64,000 nucleotides of DNA from an uncultured delta proteobacterium (GCA_963790475.1 CAWBOS010000012.1:512001-576000); one strand, 5' to 3'; counted from the first letter of the stretch, positions 8,902-19,480 are shown. Numbers and translations: made by a program. The notes: generated by a model not told the origin, from the letters alone.

Positions 8902-10996
8902 ATTTTGTAGAGGGGCTTTTTTCGATTCGACAGGGAAAAGCACGCAGATTGGGGGTTCCCATCGCCGGATCGAAGGGTTCCCCGGCCGTCAGGATATTCA
9001 AATTGGACCTGTCCCAGTCAAAAAGGGACTCCACCTTTTCCTCAGGAAACCACCAGCCATAATCCAAGAAAACAACCCGCGGGTCCAAACTTTCGGACAG
9101 GTGAACTTTTTGTTCTATCCGCCCCTTAGGGGTTATAATGCGGGCCCAATCTCCTTCGGTCAGACCAATAATCTTAGCCGCCGCCGGATGGATTTCCAGA
9201 ATAGGGTCCGGATGCTTTTTCCTAAGCGCCGAAATCTGCCGATAGGATGAATGAAAAAAATGGAAATTTTTTCTACTGGTAGCCAGCAACGGATATTCCA
9301 AAGAAACGAGGGGAAGTTGCGAAAAAGCCGGCAGCGGATCAAATCCCCAGCGTTTAAGCCGTTCTGAAAAAAGCTCCACTTTCTTGGACGGCGTCTTGAA
9401 TCCATTGACTTCATATTTTTTATAATCCGATTTCCCTTTGAGGATCCCCAGTTTCTTAAACCGGGAATAATTCATTCCTGCCGGGGCCAATACCTCATCC
9501 AGGGCCTCATGATAGTCCTCCCAAAAATGATCTCCATGCCCCAAGGCCTTGCCCAACTCGCTCAGGATCTTTATGTCCGGCCAGCTTTCTCCCGGAGGAT
9601 CGACAATCTTCGTACGGGATGAAATCCAGCCCTGGGCCAAACCATAATGTCCGATGTCATCGAACTCAAAACCGGTGGCCGCCGGCAGGACGATATCGGC
9701 CAGGGCGGCCGTAGGGGTCATGAATATTTCCGAAACCACCAGAAGGTCGAGCCGCATCAAAGCCTCGTAGGTTCGCCGGGCATCGCAGTTGGTGATCAAG
9801 GGATTGGTGGACTGGGCCACCATGGCCCGGACCGGGTAAGGCTGTTGGGTCAGGATGGCCTGAACGACTGTAGGTTGGGGCACGATCATAAAATTGGGGA
9901 TCAGATTGAAGGCCCGGCTCAGCATCTTTTGGGCCTTGTCCGGCAACAGATCCGCTTTGACAAAATCAGCCAGCCGGGCCACCGGCGGCATGGAAGGCAG
10001 GATATTGCCACCCGGTATATCCAGGTTGCCGGTTATGGCCATCAAGCAAATCAATGCCCGGCAGGTCTGCAGGCTGTTGACCGTATGCTCGATGGCATTG
10101 CCCCATTGGATGACGGCCGGTTTAGAGGTGGCGTAAGTCCAGGCCGTCAGGGTGATCTCCTCCGGGGTCAGCCAGGTGAGTTCGGCCACCCGTTCCGGCG
10201 TAAAGGTCTCCACCTGTTCTTTCAATTCCTGAAAACCCACGGTCCATTGATCCACGAACTCGCGGTCAAACAATCCTTCCCGGATGATAATATGGATCAA
10301 ACCCAGGGCCAGGGCGATGTCGCTTCCAGGTTTTAGTTGCAGATGACTTTGGGCAATGGAAGCCAGATGGGTCTTCCGGGGATCAACGACGATCAGGTCG
10401 GCCCCTTTTTTTATGGACTCCGTCAGGCGTAGAGCAATAATCCCTTCTTCATTACTCTTAAGAAGATTGCTGCCCCAATTCAGAATAAGACAGGTTGGGA
10501 CTTCATAATCCGGGACCGGGAAAAAACCGCAGGTGACCTGCCCGGCGATTTCCCGGGGCATGTGACAGACATGCTGCGGGCCGCAGACATTGGGAGACCC
10601 GAAGACATTGGCCAGACGGATCAGGACAAAATGCTCCAATCCTTTAGGAGCCCCTTGGGCAAAGACCACGGCCTGAGGTCCTTGTTCCCGACGGATGCGG
10701 TTCAGATTTTCAGCGATAAAATGAAGGGCCTCAGTCCAGGATATCGGTTTCCATTGGCCTCCACCACGGGCCCGCTGTCGGAGCAACGGCCGGGTCAGAC
10801 GATCGGGGTGGACCGTTCGCTCGAAAGAAGCCAAACCCTTGGGACAGATATACCCATGGCTGACAGAACATTGGGGATCCCCTTTGATCGTTTTGATCCG
10901 GCCCTCCTGGACTTCGATCAAGAGACCGCACCCCCCAGGATCCATTCGTGAGCAGTGGGTCTTGAAGATTTGGGTTTTGGTGTTTTCGCGGGGCAT
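8900..10996 (-). CDS. Molybdopterin (Mo/W-bis-PGD) oxidoreductase catalytic subunit, acetylene-hydratase-like family
   Basis: ICPKG...HPDRLTRPL, ISWTEAL, GSPN...QHVCH (Cys ligand), VVDPR, MTPTAALADIVLP, TPSKKVEL and a C-terminal molydopterin-binding domain; start MPRENT at 10996 with RBS AAAGGA; no Tat signal. Confidence 0.88.
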   Translation of the reverse strand: MPRENTKTQIFKTHCSRMDPGGCGLLIEVQEGRIKTIKGDPQCSVSHGYICPKGLASFERTVHPDRLTRPLLRQRARGGGQWKPISWTEALHFIAENLNRIRREQGPQAVVFAQGAPKGLEHFVLIRLANVFGSPNVCGPQHVCHMPREIAGQVTCGFFPVPDYEVPTCLILNWGSNLLKSNEEGIIALRLTESIKKGADLIVVDPRKTHLASIAQSHLQLKPGSDIALALGLIHIIIREGLFDREFVDQWTVGFQELKEQVETFTPERVAELTWLTPEEITLTAWTYATSKPAVIQWGNAIEHTVNSLQTCRALICLMAITGNLDIPGGNILPSMPPVARLADFVKADLLPDKAQKMLSRAFNLIPNFMIVPQPTVVQAILTQQPYPVRAMVAQSTNPLITNCDARRTYEALMRLDLLVVSEIFMTPTAALADIVLPAATGFEFDDIGHYGLAQGWISSRTKIVDPPGESWPDIKILSELGKALGHGDHFWEDYHEALDEVLAPAGMNYSRFKKLGILKGKSDYKKYEVNGFKTPSKKVELFSERLKRWGFDPLPAFSQLPLVSLEYPLLATSRKNFHFFHSSYRQISALRKKHPDPILEIHPAAAKIIGLTEGDWARIITPKGRIEQKVHLSESLDPRVVFLDYGWWFPEEKVESLFDWDRSNLNILTAGEPFDPAMGTPNLRAFPCRIEKSPSTK

Positions 10997-11111
10997 AGGT
11001 TTTCCTTTATCGGTGAATTGAATCCTACCTATTAGAACGTTTTCACAAAAAGGAGTCAAGCCGTTTTTAGACGCTGTTCCAACCCAACAACCGGACATTA
11101 AATAGTTATCC

Positions 11112-11141
11112 TTGACAATGAGAGTTTCATTGTAATAGCGT
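11112..11141 (+). promoter_or_regulatory. Putative sigma70 promoter with overlapping palindromic operator upstream of oadGB
   Basis: TTGACA at 11112; inverted repeat ACAATGA-N5-TCATTGT at 11115-11133; weak -10 TAGCGT. Confidence 0.45.
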
Positions 11142-11271
11142 TCGAAGTTAAGGTTCACAAAAACAGCCGACCCTTATTTGATCATAAATGAACTTTCACT
11201 ATCGAAAATAACCCTAAACTTTTCCCGTTCTACAGGATCGGGATCGAGGGAGCAGGAATAAGGAGGACTGC

Positions 11272-11403
11272 ATGGACAATTGGACTTTTGGACTCAGTAT
11301 GCTTATTGTCGGTATGGGCGGAACCTTGTTGACCTTAACAATTATGAGCGCGCTGATGGGTGTTTTAAAAAAACTTTTTCCAATCAAAAAAGGGGAAGAA
11401 TAG
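11272..11403 (+). CDS. oadG: Na+-translocating decarboxylase gamma subunit (OadG family), 43 aa, below the ORF-track cutoff
   Basis: MDNWTFGLSMLIVGMGGTLLTLTIMSALMGVLKKLFPIKKGEE; RBS AGGAGG; single TM helix with the GMG motif, directly before oadB. Confidence 0.85.
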   Translation: MDNWTFGLSMLIVGMGGTLLTLTIMSALMGVLKKLFPIKKGEE

Positions 11404-11420
11404 GAAAGGAGAAACAAATC

Positions 11421-12560
11421 ATGCTCGAAGCTATCATCAGTGGATTATCCGGACTCATCGCCGGGTTTGCTCATTTCCAGCTATCCAACCTGGTCATGAT
11501 CGTCATCGGTTGTCTTCTCCTTTATTTGGGAATAAAAAAGGATTTTGAACCCCTGCTTCTGCTTCCCATAGGATTTGGGGCCATCATGGTCAACATCCCC
11601 CTGGCCGATTTGATGGGGAAGGATGGATTTCTGCGCATTATCTATGATGCCGGCGTCATCACCGAATTATTTCCTTTACTTATTTTTGTCGGCATCGGGG
11701 CCATGACCGATTTCGGCCCTGTCCTGGAAAATCCTTATACTTTTCTCTTGGGGGCGGCAGGACAATGCGGTATATTTTTGACCTTGCTCCTGGCCCTGGC
11801 CCTGGGTTTTGGTAAATTGGATGCGGTTACCATCGGCATTATTGGGGCCTGTGACGGGCCAACGGTCATTTATGTCGCTTCCCGGTATGCCCCTCATCTG
11901 CTGGGGGCGGTCTCGGTAGCCGCTTATTCCTATATGTCTCTGGTCCCTGTGCTCCAGCCGCCGATCATGAAAATGCTGACCACGAAAAAAGAACGCCAAA
12001 TCGTCATGAAGACTCATAAAAAGACCGTATCCAAAACCACCCGGATACTCTTTCCCATTGTCATCACCATTTTGGGCGGATTGATCGCCCCCAAAGGCCT
12101 TCCCCTGTTAGCCACAATTATGCTCGGGAACCTGATGAGGGAATCAGGAGCGGTGGCCCGGCTGACCAATGCTTCACAAAATGAAATTGCCAACGTGGTC
12201 ACCTTGCTCCTGGGGATTTCCATCGGGGCTACCATGAGCGGTCCGGAATTCGTTAAATCGCAGACCCTGATTATTCTGGCCCTGGGGTTATTGGCCATTT
12301 GTCTGGACACGGTTTGCGGGGTCCTCTTCGGGAAGGTTTTAAGAGTGTTGAGCGGCGGGAAAGTGAATCCCTTGATCGGAGCGGCAGGCATTTCGGCTTT
12401 TCCCATGTCGGCTCGGGTGGTCCAGAAAGAAGGTTTCAGGTATAATAAAAAGAATTACCTGCTCATGCACGCCATGGGGGCCAATGCCGGAGGTCAGATC
12501 GGGTCGGTCATGGCCGCAGCGGTCATGCTTTCGGTGTTGAAGGGCATGGGGATAATTTAA
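11421..12560 (+). CDS. oadB: Na+-translocating carboxybiotin decarboxylase beta subunit
   Basis: FEPLLLLPIGFG, GAMTDFGP, GIIGACDGPT, AAYSYMSLVP and HAMGANAGGQIGS motifs; RBS AAAGGAG before ATG 11421. Confidence 0.95.
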   Translation: MLEAIISGLSGLIAGFAHFQLSNLVMIVIGCLLLYLGIKKDFEPLLLLPIGFGAIMVNIPLADLMGKDGFLRIIYDAGVITELFPLLIFVGIGAMTDFGPVLENPYTFLLGAAGQCGIFLTLLLALALGFGKLDAVTIGIIGACDGPTVIYVASRYAPHLLGAVSVAAYSYMSLVPVLQPPIMKMLTTKKERQIVMKTHKKTVSKTTRILFPIVITILGGLIAPKGLPLLATIMLGNLMRESGAVARLTNASQNEIANVVTLLLGISIGATMSGPEFVKSQTLIILALGLLAICLDTVCGVLFGKVLRVLSGGKVNPLIGAAGISAFPMSARVVQKEGFRYNKKNYLLMHAMGANAGGQIGSVMAAAVMLSVLKGMGII

Positions 12561-12667
12561 GGCAAAGAGCAAAGAGCTTAGAGCTTAAAAATCCATTTTA
12601 ATTTTTTCTCTATTCCCCTTGCCCCATGCTCTCTGCTCTATACCCTACGCGTTTTTCAGGAAAGGCT

Positions 12668-12802
12668 ATGCCCATCCTCTCTATTTTCTGGATTTTGTTT
12701 AGAGAGAATCGACCCCAAAGAATCGGCCATTGTACCCAGAGTGCATCCTGATCTGCCCGCGAGAGGCCATCCAGATCCGCCGGGATCTTCCCATTATGGT
12801 TT
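12668..12802 (+). pseudogene. Collapsed remnant copy of the DUF362 gene at 15956..17071
   Basis: Joined segments match gene positions about 15956-16010, 16562-16576 and 16640-16705 (e.g. gagtgcatcctgatctgcccgcgagaggccatccagatccgc vs gagtgcatcctgctctgcccgcaagaagccatccggatccgc). Confidence 0.8.
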
Positions 12803-12834
12803 GTATGGCAAATGTCTAATTACGGGTCTCCTCT

Positions 12835-15666
12835 TTAAATTCTCGCCGCGGCATAGGCCAACTTAGCGGACTTCCATCTCAGATAAATTTTGGTGATTTC
12901 GGCAGCGATCGAGGCCATGAAAATAAAGGGAGTCATGAACAGCCAATCCCCGAAACTTAGGGGAACAGTATCAAAGAAAGGCTGAAGGAACGGGACATAA
13001 ACCGAAATGATCACCAGCAGGAACGAACCTCCCACAGCCCAAAGCATCCATTTGTTAGAGAAGACCCCGATGGAAAAGATCCCATAGTGTTCCGAGCGGG
13101 CCGTAAAAGCTCGAAAGAGTTCTGAAAGACATAAGGCAACAAAGGCCATGGTTTGGGCCCGTTCCACTTGTTGCGGATACATTTGCAGCGCCCAATAGTA
13201 ACAGCCAAGTACGGCCGAGGTCATGACCACGGCCTGCACCAGAGTGCCGATCTGCATCTCCCAGTTAATCACCGGCTCTTTGGTTGGACGAGGTGGTCGT
13301 TTCATGATGTCCGGATCTCCTTTTTCCATACCCAGAGCCAAGGCGGGCGCTCCATCGGTGACTAAGTTCAGCATCAACAGTTGTACAGGCCTCAGCGGCA
13401 TCGGCACCCCGCCCAGCATGGCTAAAAAGATAATGAGAATTTCTCCGATATTACAGGAAATCAGGTAGTAGACGAACTTGCGAATATTAGAATAAATAAT
13501 CCGTCCTTCTTCAATGGCCGAAACAATGCTGGCGAAATTATCGTCCGTGAGCACCATATCGGCCGTCTCCTTGGAGACGTCCGTACCCGTGATACCCATG
13601 GCCACACCAATGTTCGCCCGCTTCATAGCGGGGGCATCGTTCACCCCGTCTCCGGTCATGGCCACGACATGTCCCCTGGCCCTGAAGGCATCCACAATCT
13701 TGGTCTTGTGCTGAGGCGAAACCCGACAACAGACATCAACCCTGTCGATTTCCGCTACGAGTTCCTCCTCGCTCATCTTTTCCAACTCTGAACCGGAAAG
13801 TACTTTCCCGCCGGGGGTTAACAGGCCGATCTCTTTGGCGATAGCCTCCGCCGTATCCTTGTAATCGCCGGTGACCATGACGCTCTTCAGACCGGCCCCC
13901 TGGGCAACCTTTACCGCATCCTTTACCTCCGGCCGAGCTGGATCGATCATACCCAGGAGACCGATAAAGGTCAGCCCTCTTTCCATTTCTTCAGAGGTGC
14001 ATTGACTCGGAATGGAATCCAGGGGACGATAAGCCATACCCAGGACCCGCAAGGCCTGTTGGGCCATGTCCTGGTTTACAGCCAGCACATCTTTCCGCTT
14101 CTCTGCTGATATGGGAATGGCTTTCCCGTCTTTTATAATCGAGTCACATAAATCCAGGATGATGTCCGGGGCCCCTTTAACAAAGGTACAAACCTCAGGG
14201 AAATCGAAGCCTATAGGAGTCGGCTGATTCCCGGCCAGTTGGTTCTGATGAATTGTGGTCATCCTTTTTCGTTCCGAGTCAAAAGGGATTTCCTGCACCC
14301 GGGGCAAGACCTTTTCAACTTCCCCGCGCCAAAGCCCTGCTTTGGCAGCGGCTACTACTAAGGCTCCCTCCGTCGGATCGCCCACCATCTGCCAAGCCGG
14401 CTCCCCTTCTTCTGCGTTACTTTCTTCTAATTTGGCATCGTTGCATAGCAAACTCCCATGAAGCAACAAAGAAACACTCGGATCTTCAGTCGGTTCGAAT
14501 ACCCGGCTGTCTACGGAATACTGCCCGCTGGGATTGTATCCTTCCCCCGTTACCTTAAATCTTGTTCCACCGGCCCAGCCTTGAACAACGGTCATCTCAT
14601 TCTGGGTCAAGGTGCCGGTCTTATCCGAACAGATGACCGTGGCGCACCCCAGGGTCTCCACTGCCGGCAACTTACGAATTAAGACATGCCGGCGGATCAT
14701 CCGTTGCATGCCCAGAGCCAGGCAAATGGTCACTACTGCCGGTAATCCCTCTGGGACCGCGGCAATAGCCAGACTGACTGCAGTCATGAAAAGCTCGATG
14801 ATGTCCTTCTTTTCTGTCGTAAGATAGGCCAGGAAACCTTGGCTAAAAATCGTCCCGAAATGGGTATCCCTTATGAGACCATAAAAGAAAATGACCCCGC
14901 AAATGGCCAGGCAGGCAATCCCCAACATCTTGGCCAATTGATCCAGCTTTATCTGGAGGGGAGTAGACTCTTCCTCATAGGATTGCAGCATCTCAGCGAT
15001 CATACCGATCTGGGTGTGCATGCCTGTGCCTGTCACCAAGCCTTTCCCTCTGCCGTAGGTTACCAGTGTGGACATGAAAGCAGAGTTCCGCCGGTCTCCG
15101 ATGGGAATATCCTTGTCCAGAACCACAGCGGCGTGTTTATCCACAGGAACTGACTCTCCGGTCAGGGAAGCCTCTTCGATTTTAAGATTTACACTTTCTA
15201 CAAGGCGTATGTCTGCCGGAACATAATTCCCGGCTTCTATGAGGACGATGTCGCCGGGAACGAGGCCCGGGGATAGTATGGTCACTTGATGCCCGTCACG
15301 TATGACTTGAGCCGAGGGAGCGGCCATCTTTTTTAAAGCAGCCAGGGCCTGCTCGGCCTTGGATTCCTGGACGACGCCTACGATGGCGTTCAGAACCACG
15401 ATGACCATGATGGCAGTCGCGTCAATGATTTCGCCAAGAAGCAAGGAAACTATGGCAGCAATGATGAGGATGATTACCAGGAAATTATTAAACTGGTCCA
15501 GGAGCATACTCAGAAAGCCGGGACGCGGCCGCTCCTTCAGTTCATTATGGCCATACTTATTCAGCCTGGCCTGGGCCTCATCTTGGGTCAATCCTCTTTC
15601 CAGATGGGTTTCCAATTGACTGATAATATGTTCAACCGGCAGGTGATGACATTCAAGATATTCCAT
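12835..15666 (-). CDS. P-type (P2A, Ca2+-transporting-like) cation ATPase
   Basis: LTGES, PEGL, DKTGTLT, KGAP, MVTGD and TGDGVNDAP motifs; TTGACC-18-TATAAT upstream (15720-15749, - strand). Confidence 0.95.
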   Translation of the reverse strand: MEYLECHHLPVEHIISQLETHLERGLTQDEAQARLNKYGHNELKERPRPGFLSMLLDQFNNFLVIILIIAAIVSLLLGEIIDATAIMVIVVLNAIVGVVQESKAEQALAALKKMAAPSAQVIRDGHQVTILSPGLVPGDIVLIEAGNYVPADIRLVESVNLKIEEASLTGESVPVDKHAAVVLDKDIPIGDRRNSAFMSTLVTYGRGKGLVTGTGMHTQIGMIAEMLQSYEEESTPLQIKLDQLAKMLGIACLAICGVIFFYGLIRDTHFGTIFSQGFLAYLTTEKKDIIELFMTAVSLAIAAVPEGLPAVVTICLALGMQRMIRRHVLIRKLPAVETLGCATVICSDKTGTLTQNEMTVVQGWAGGTRFKVTGEGYNPSGQYSVDSRVFEPTEDPSVSLLLHGSLLCNDAKLEESNAEEGEPAWQMVGDPTEGALVVAAAKAGLWRGEVEKVLPRVQEIPFDSERKRMTTIHQNQLAGNQPTPIGFDFPEVCTFVKGAPDIILDLCDSIIKDGKAIPISAEKRKDVLAVNQDMAQQALRVLGMAYRPLDSIPSQCTSEEMERGLTFIGLLGMIDPARPEVKDAVKVAQGAGLKSVMVTGDYKDTAEAIAKEIGLLTPGGKVLSGSELEKMSEEELVAEIDRVDVCCRVSPQHKTKIVDAFRARGHVVAMTGDGVNDAPAMKRANIGVAMGITGTDVSKETADMVLTDDNFASIVSAIEEGRIIYSNIRKFVYYLISCNIGEILIIFLAMLGGVPMPLRPVQLLMLNLVTDGAPALALGMEKGDPDIMKRPPRPTKEPVINWEMQIGTLVQAVVMTSAVLGCYYWALQMYPQQVERAQTMAFVALCLSELFRAFTARSEHYGIFSIGVFSNKWMLWAVGGSFLLVIISVYVPFLQPFFDTVPLSFGDWLFMTPFIFMASIAAEITKIYLRWKSAKLAYAAARI

Positions 15667-15955
15667 AGTAACCCTCTACCAAATTTTGATTGGATACGAT
15701 TTTTAGGTAAACGGAACGGATTATAGAATTAGAAAGGAAGGCCGGTCAAGGAGAAAACATGAAAAAGAATGGGGGAAATGATCTCAACCTCAAATCAAGG
15801 GAAAGAATTTGTCGGAAACACTCTCCTGTCTGATAATATTACTTTGACCTAATGCGGTTTAATAGATAAAGGTCGTCAGAATTAGAAAAAGATGGTAAAA
15901 TAAAAATAGAGTGGAAAAATTCACCTGATTGCCCTTTCAAGACCAAAGGGGTATT

Positions 15956-17071
15956 ATGCCTCATCCCGTTTATTTTCTGGATTTGAAGACTTCATTTAAA
16001 GAGAACCGGTTGCAACGGATCGGCCGGTTACTGGACCGGGTCCCTTTTTCCAAACCCCTGGTCAAGAAAAATCTGGTAGCGGTCAAGCTCCATTTCGGGG
16101 AAAAGGGGAACACGGCCTATGTAAAACCGATTTATGTCCGTCCCATAACCGACAAGATCCGGGACTGGGGGGGGAAGCCTTTTCTGACCGATGCCAATAC
16201 CCTTTATGTGGGAACCCGCAGCGACAGTGTTTCTCATCTCCAGACCGCTCTGGAAAACGGTTTTTCTTTCACCACCGTGGGGGCTCCGTTGGTAATCGCC
16301 GACGGTATCAAAGGCCAATCAGCCGTCCGGGTCTCCATCCATCAAAAACATTTTGCGGCGGTTTCTATTGCCTCCGATATCGTCGAGGCCGATGCCCTTG
16401 TCAGTGTGGCCCATTTCAAAGGCCATGAATTGTCCGGGTTTGGGGGAACGATCAAGAATCTGGGCATGGGTTGTGCGTCCCGGGAAGGCAAGCTGAGCCA
16501 GCATTCCAATACGTCCCCTAAGATCACCCGCAAGAAATGCCTCGGTTGCGGCGAATGCATCAGCCATTGTGCCCAGCAGGCCATTGCCCTTCAAGAAAAA
16601 AAGGCCATGGTCAACCCGGAAAAATGTATCGGCTGCGGCGAGTGCATCCTGCTCTGCCCGCAAGAAGCCATCCGGATCCGCTGGAATCCCTCCATAACGG
16701 TTTTTCAGGAGCAATTGGTCGAATCCACCTTGGGGGTTCTGAAGGGCAAGGAGGGCCGGGCCGTTTTTTTGAATTTTCTGACCGATATCTCTCCGGCCTG
16801 TGATTGTTACGATCATAGTGATCGGCCGATTGTCCGGGATATCGGTATCCTGGCCTCCACTGATCCGGTGGCCATCGATCAGGCCTCGGTGGACCTGGTC
16901 AACAACGAGCCGGGCAATAAGGATTCGGCCTTAACCAAAAATTATAAATCCGGGGAAGATAAATTCCGTGGGGTTTACCCCAAGATCGACTGGGAAGTTC
17001 AGCTTCGATACGCCGAAGAAATCGGATTGGGAACCCGGAAATATGAATTGGTCATCCTGGGGGAAAAATAA
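15956..17071 (+). CDS. DUF362 family Fe-S protein with 2x[4Fe-4S] ferredoxin domain
   Basis: VKLHFGEKGN, HFKGHELSGFGGTIKNLGMGC, two CxxCxxCxxxC motifs, CDC and DPVAIDQAS. Confidence 0.9.
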   Translation: MPHPVYFLDLKTSFKENRLQRIGRLLDRVPFSKPLVKKNLVAVKLHFGEKGNTAYVKPIYVRPITDKIRDWGGKPFLTDANTLYVGTRSDSVSHLQTALENGFSFTTVGAPLVIADGIKGQSAVRVSIHQKHFAAVSIASDIVEADALVSVAHFKGHELSGFGGTIKNLGMGCASREGKLSQHSNTSPKITRKKCLGCGECISHCAQQAIALQEKKAMVNPEKCIGCGECILLCPQEAIRIRWNPSITVFQEQLVESTLGVLKGKEGRAVFLNFLTDISPACDCYDHSDRPIVRDIGILASTDPVAIDQASVDLVNNEPGNKDSALTKNYKSGEDKFRGVYPKIDWEVQLRYAEEIGLGTRKYELVILGEK

Positions 17072-17227
17072 GGCGGAACTGCCTTACGGAAAAACACACC
17101 ATTAGGAATTCAAATATAACCTTCCTGGTATCCCGTTACTCCTGCCGGCCCCTTCGGGCAAGAAGGTTTACTAAAGCCCAAACATCTCCTGTTGAATGAA
17201 TCCAAGAACTGTGGTAGCCTCTAATTT

Positions 17228-18076
17228 ATGGAAACTGTAACGATTGAAGGGGTGACCCTCTATCTGAGTCATCCGGACACCTTACCCCTGGATTGGGTCG
17301 GGCAACCCGATCTGATAGACCAAGTCCTGGCCGCCTGGCTGGTGGTAGAGGAAAAAGACCTGCCATTGCATCCCCGGCTGATCGGCAAACCCGGTGTGGG
17401 CAAAACGACACTGGCTTATGCCGCAGCCCGGCGATTAGGGCGGGAAATCTATTTTTATCAGGCCACCATGGATACCCGGCCGGAAGACCTGATCATCACC
17501 CCGGTGATCGCCGAACAGGGAAAGATCCATTATATGGCCAGTTCCCTGGTGACGGCCATGATCCGTGGTGGGGTTCTGATTCTGGATGAGGGCAACCGGA
17601 TGAGCGAAAAGAGTTGGGCCTCCCTGGCCCCTTTATTGGACAACCGCCGCTATGTGGAGTCCGTGATCACCGGCGTCAAGATTCCGGCCCATCCGGAGTT
17701 TCGTTTTTGTGCCACCATGAACGACGATGCCAGCACCTTTGAGCTCCCGGAATATATTCACTCCCGCCTTCAGCCTCAGATTTTTATCGATTTTCCAGAA
17801 CCGGAAGAAGAAAAGCTGATCCTGAAACGGAACCTGCCCTTTGCCCCGGAGGATATCCTTAATTATGTGGTCCATTTTCTTCAAAGGGCCCATCAGGCCC
17901 ATGAACGCTATACGGTTAGGGACGGTATCAACATTGCCCGCTATGCCCTGAAGTCATTGGAAGGCCGTCAGTCCTTGAAGAAGGTCCCTCTGGGAGAACG
18001 AAAATCCCTGGTCTTACGCCTTTCCATTGAAATGATATTGGGGGAAAAGGCCTTGGATTATTGGCCTCACGGATAG
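17228..18076 (+). CDS. MoxR/CbbQ-type AAA+ ATPase
   Basis: Walker A GKPGVGKT, Walker B LILDEGNR, sensor ATMN. Confidence 0.85.
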   Translation: METVTIEGVTLYLSHPDTLPLDWVGQPDLIDQVLAAWLVVEEKDLPLHPRLIGKPGVGKTTLAYAAARRLGREIYFYQATMDTRPEDLIITPVIAEQGKIHYMASSLVTAMIRGGVLILDEGNRMSEKSWASLAPLLDNRRYVESVITGVKIPAHPEFRFCATMNDDASTFELPEYIHSRLQPQIFIDFPEPEEEKLILKRNLPFAPEDILNYVVHFLQRAHQAHERYTVRDGINIARYALKSLEGRQSLKKVPLGERKSLVLRLSIEMILGEKALDYWPHG

Positions 18077-18106
18077 GAAAATCGGGAAAAGGGGCTGCCA
18101 TAGTTC

Positions 18107-19198
18107 ATGAAGGATCTCTATCAAATCATCGAACAGGAACTGGCTCATGGTCACGAAGTAATCCTGGCCACTATAGTGGCTCAAAGAGGTTCGGCCCCCC
18201 GTGCCCCAGGGACCCGGTTTCTGATCCGGTCCGACGGGTCTTTTGAAGGAACGATCGGAGGCGGAAAGGTGGAGGCCGATGTCCTGGCCAGTGCGCCAAA
18301 GGTTTTTGCGGAAAAGAAAAACAAGATCATCCTCTTCCGCTTAACCGGAGAGGAAGCGGCCGAGACCAAAATGATTTGCGGAGGGGAACTGGAGATCCAA
18401 CTGGAACTTATTTCCGGATCGATTCCCGCTCACCTGGAATTCTATAAAAAAATAGCTGATCTTTTGCGGAAGGGTACACCTGCCCTCATAGCCACATTGT
18501 TGGAGGAAGTTCAATCCGCCGATTTTGGGGATTCAAAATTTCTTTATGTGCCGGAAGAAGACCAACCACTGGCAAGCATACCCTGGATTGACCCGGTCAG
18601 GAAAGATCTTCCTGGGATACTTCTCAAAGGACAGCCTGTTTTGTTGACCGCCGTCGCCCAGGGAAAAGAAAAAAATATTTTTCTGGAACCCTTGATCGCT
18701 CCTCCCCGCTTATTAATTTTTGGGGCCGGTCATGTCTCTTCGGCCCTTTGCCCCTTGGCCAAAACGGTTGGATTCCAGGTGACGGTCTTCGATGACCGAC
18801 CGGAATTTGCCGGTCCCGGCCGTTTTCCGGAAGCGGATGATATCGTGGTTCGCCCCTTTGACCGGGTATTGGACAATGTTACTGTAGGCTCCAATACCTT
18901 CGTGGTCATCATAACCCGCGGCCACCTGCACGACCATCTGGTATTGAGGCAGATCCTGAAAACACATCCCCGCTATATCGGTATGATCGGCAGTCGAAAC
19001 AAGCGGGAGGTTATTTTCAATGCCTTGCGGAAGGAAAAATTTTCAGAGGAACTGATTCAATTCGTCCACACCCCGATCGGACTAAACATCCAGGCCGAGA
19101 CACCCGAAGAGATCGCCGTATCCATCGTAGCCGAGCTCATCCAGGTCCGCAACCAGAACCAAACCCTAAAGAAAAAAATCTCGACTCTGCCCCAATAA
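18107..19198 (+). CDS. XdhC/CoxI family molybdenum-enzyme maturation factor
   Basis: GSAPR, GTIGGGKVE, MICGG, FGAGHV, TRGH..D, YIGMIGSR and PIGL.I.AETPEEIAVSI motifs. Confidence 0.92.
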   Translation: MKDLYQIIEQELAHGHEVILATIVAQRGSAPRAPGTRFLIRSDGSFEGTIGGGKVEADVLASAPKVFAEKKNKIILFRLTGEEAAETKMICGGELEIQLELISGSIPAHLEFYKKIADLLRKGTPALIATLLEEVQSADFGDSKFLYVPEEDQPLASIPWIDPVRKDLPGILLKGQPVLLTAVAQGKEKNIFLEPLIAPPRLLIFGAGHVSSALCPLAKTVGFQVTVFDDRPEFAGPGRFPEADDIVVRPFDRVLDNVTVGSNTFVVIITRGHLHDHLVLRQILKTHPRYIGMIGSRNKREVIFNALRKEKFSEELIQFVHTPIGLNIQAETPEEIAVSIVAELIQVRNQNQTLKKKISTLPQ

Positions 19199-19480
19199 TT
19201 TCCTTCCCGGTTTACAGCGTATATTAATAAAAACCTTTCCCCGGCCCCTCCTTTATAATATTTTTTCGGAGTAGCACAGGCTCCAGATTCCTGAGAGTCG
19301 CTCGATTTAATTGTGAAGTCTTCCGAACTATGGTACTTTCAAAACTTGAAAGGGAATTCTTATCATTTAAAAAAAGCCCAAAGGGATTTGGCTGACCAAT
19401 TATCAACCGGATCAAACCCATCTGGCATGGTCCCCCCCTTGTCTGTGGCAAAAAACAATCGATTTATCATTGGGTAATCG

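Noticed and set aside
8533-8943. Hydrophobic AFLAG-repeat ORF (and 46226..46438)
   Set aside because: Reverse-complement artefacts of the Lys-rich genes.
11031-11048. Rex-like site ATTAGAACGTTTTCACAA
   Set aside because: Only one half-site matches well; too weak without a PWM scan.
10997-11420. N-terminal extensions of the Mo enzyme (to 11158) and oadB (from 11280)
   Set aside because: Better RBS-supported starts exist at 10996 and 11421; the oadB extension overlaps the real oadG in another frame.
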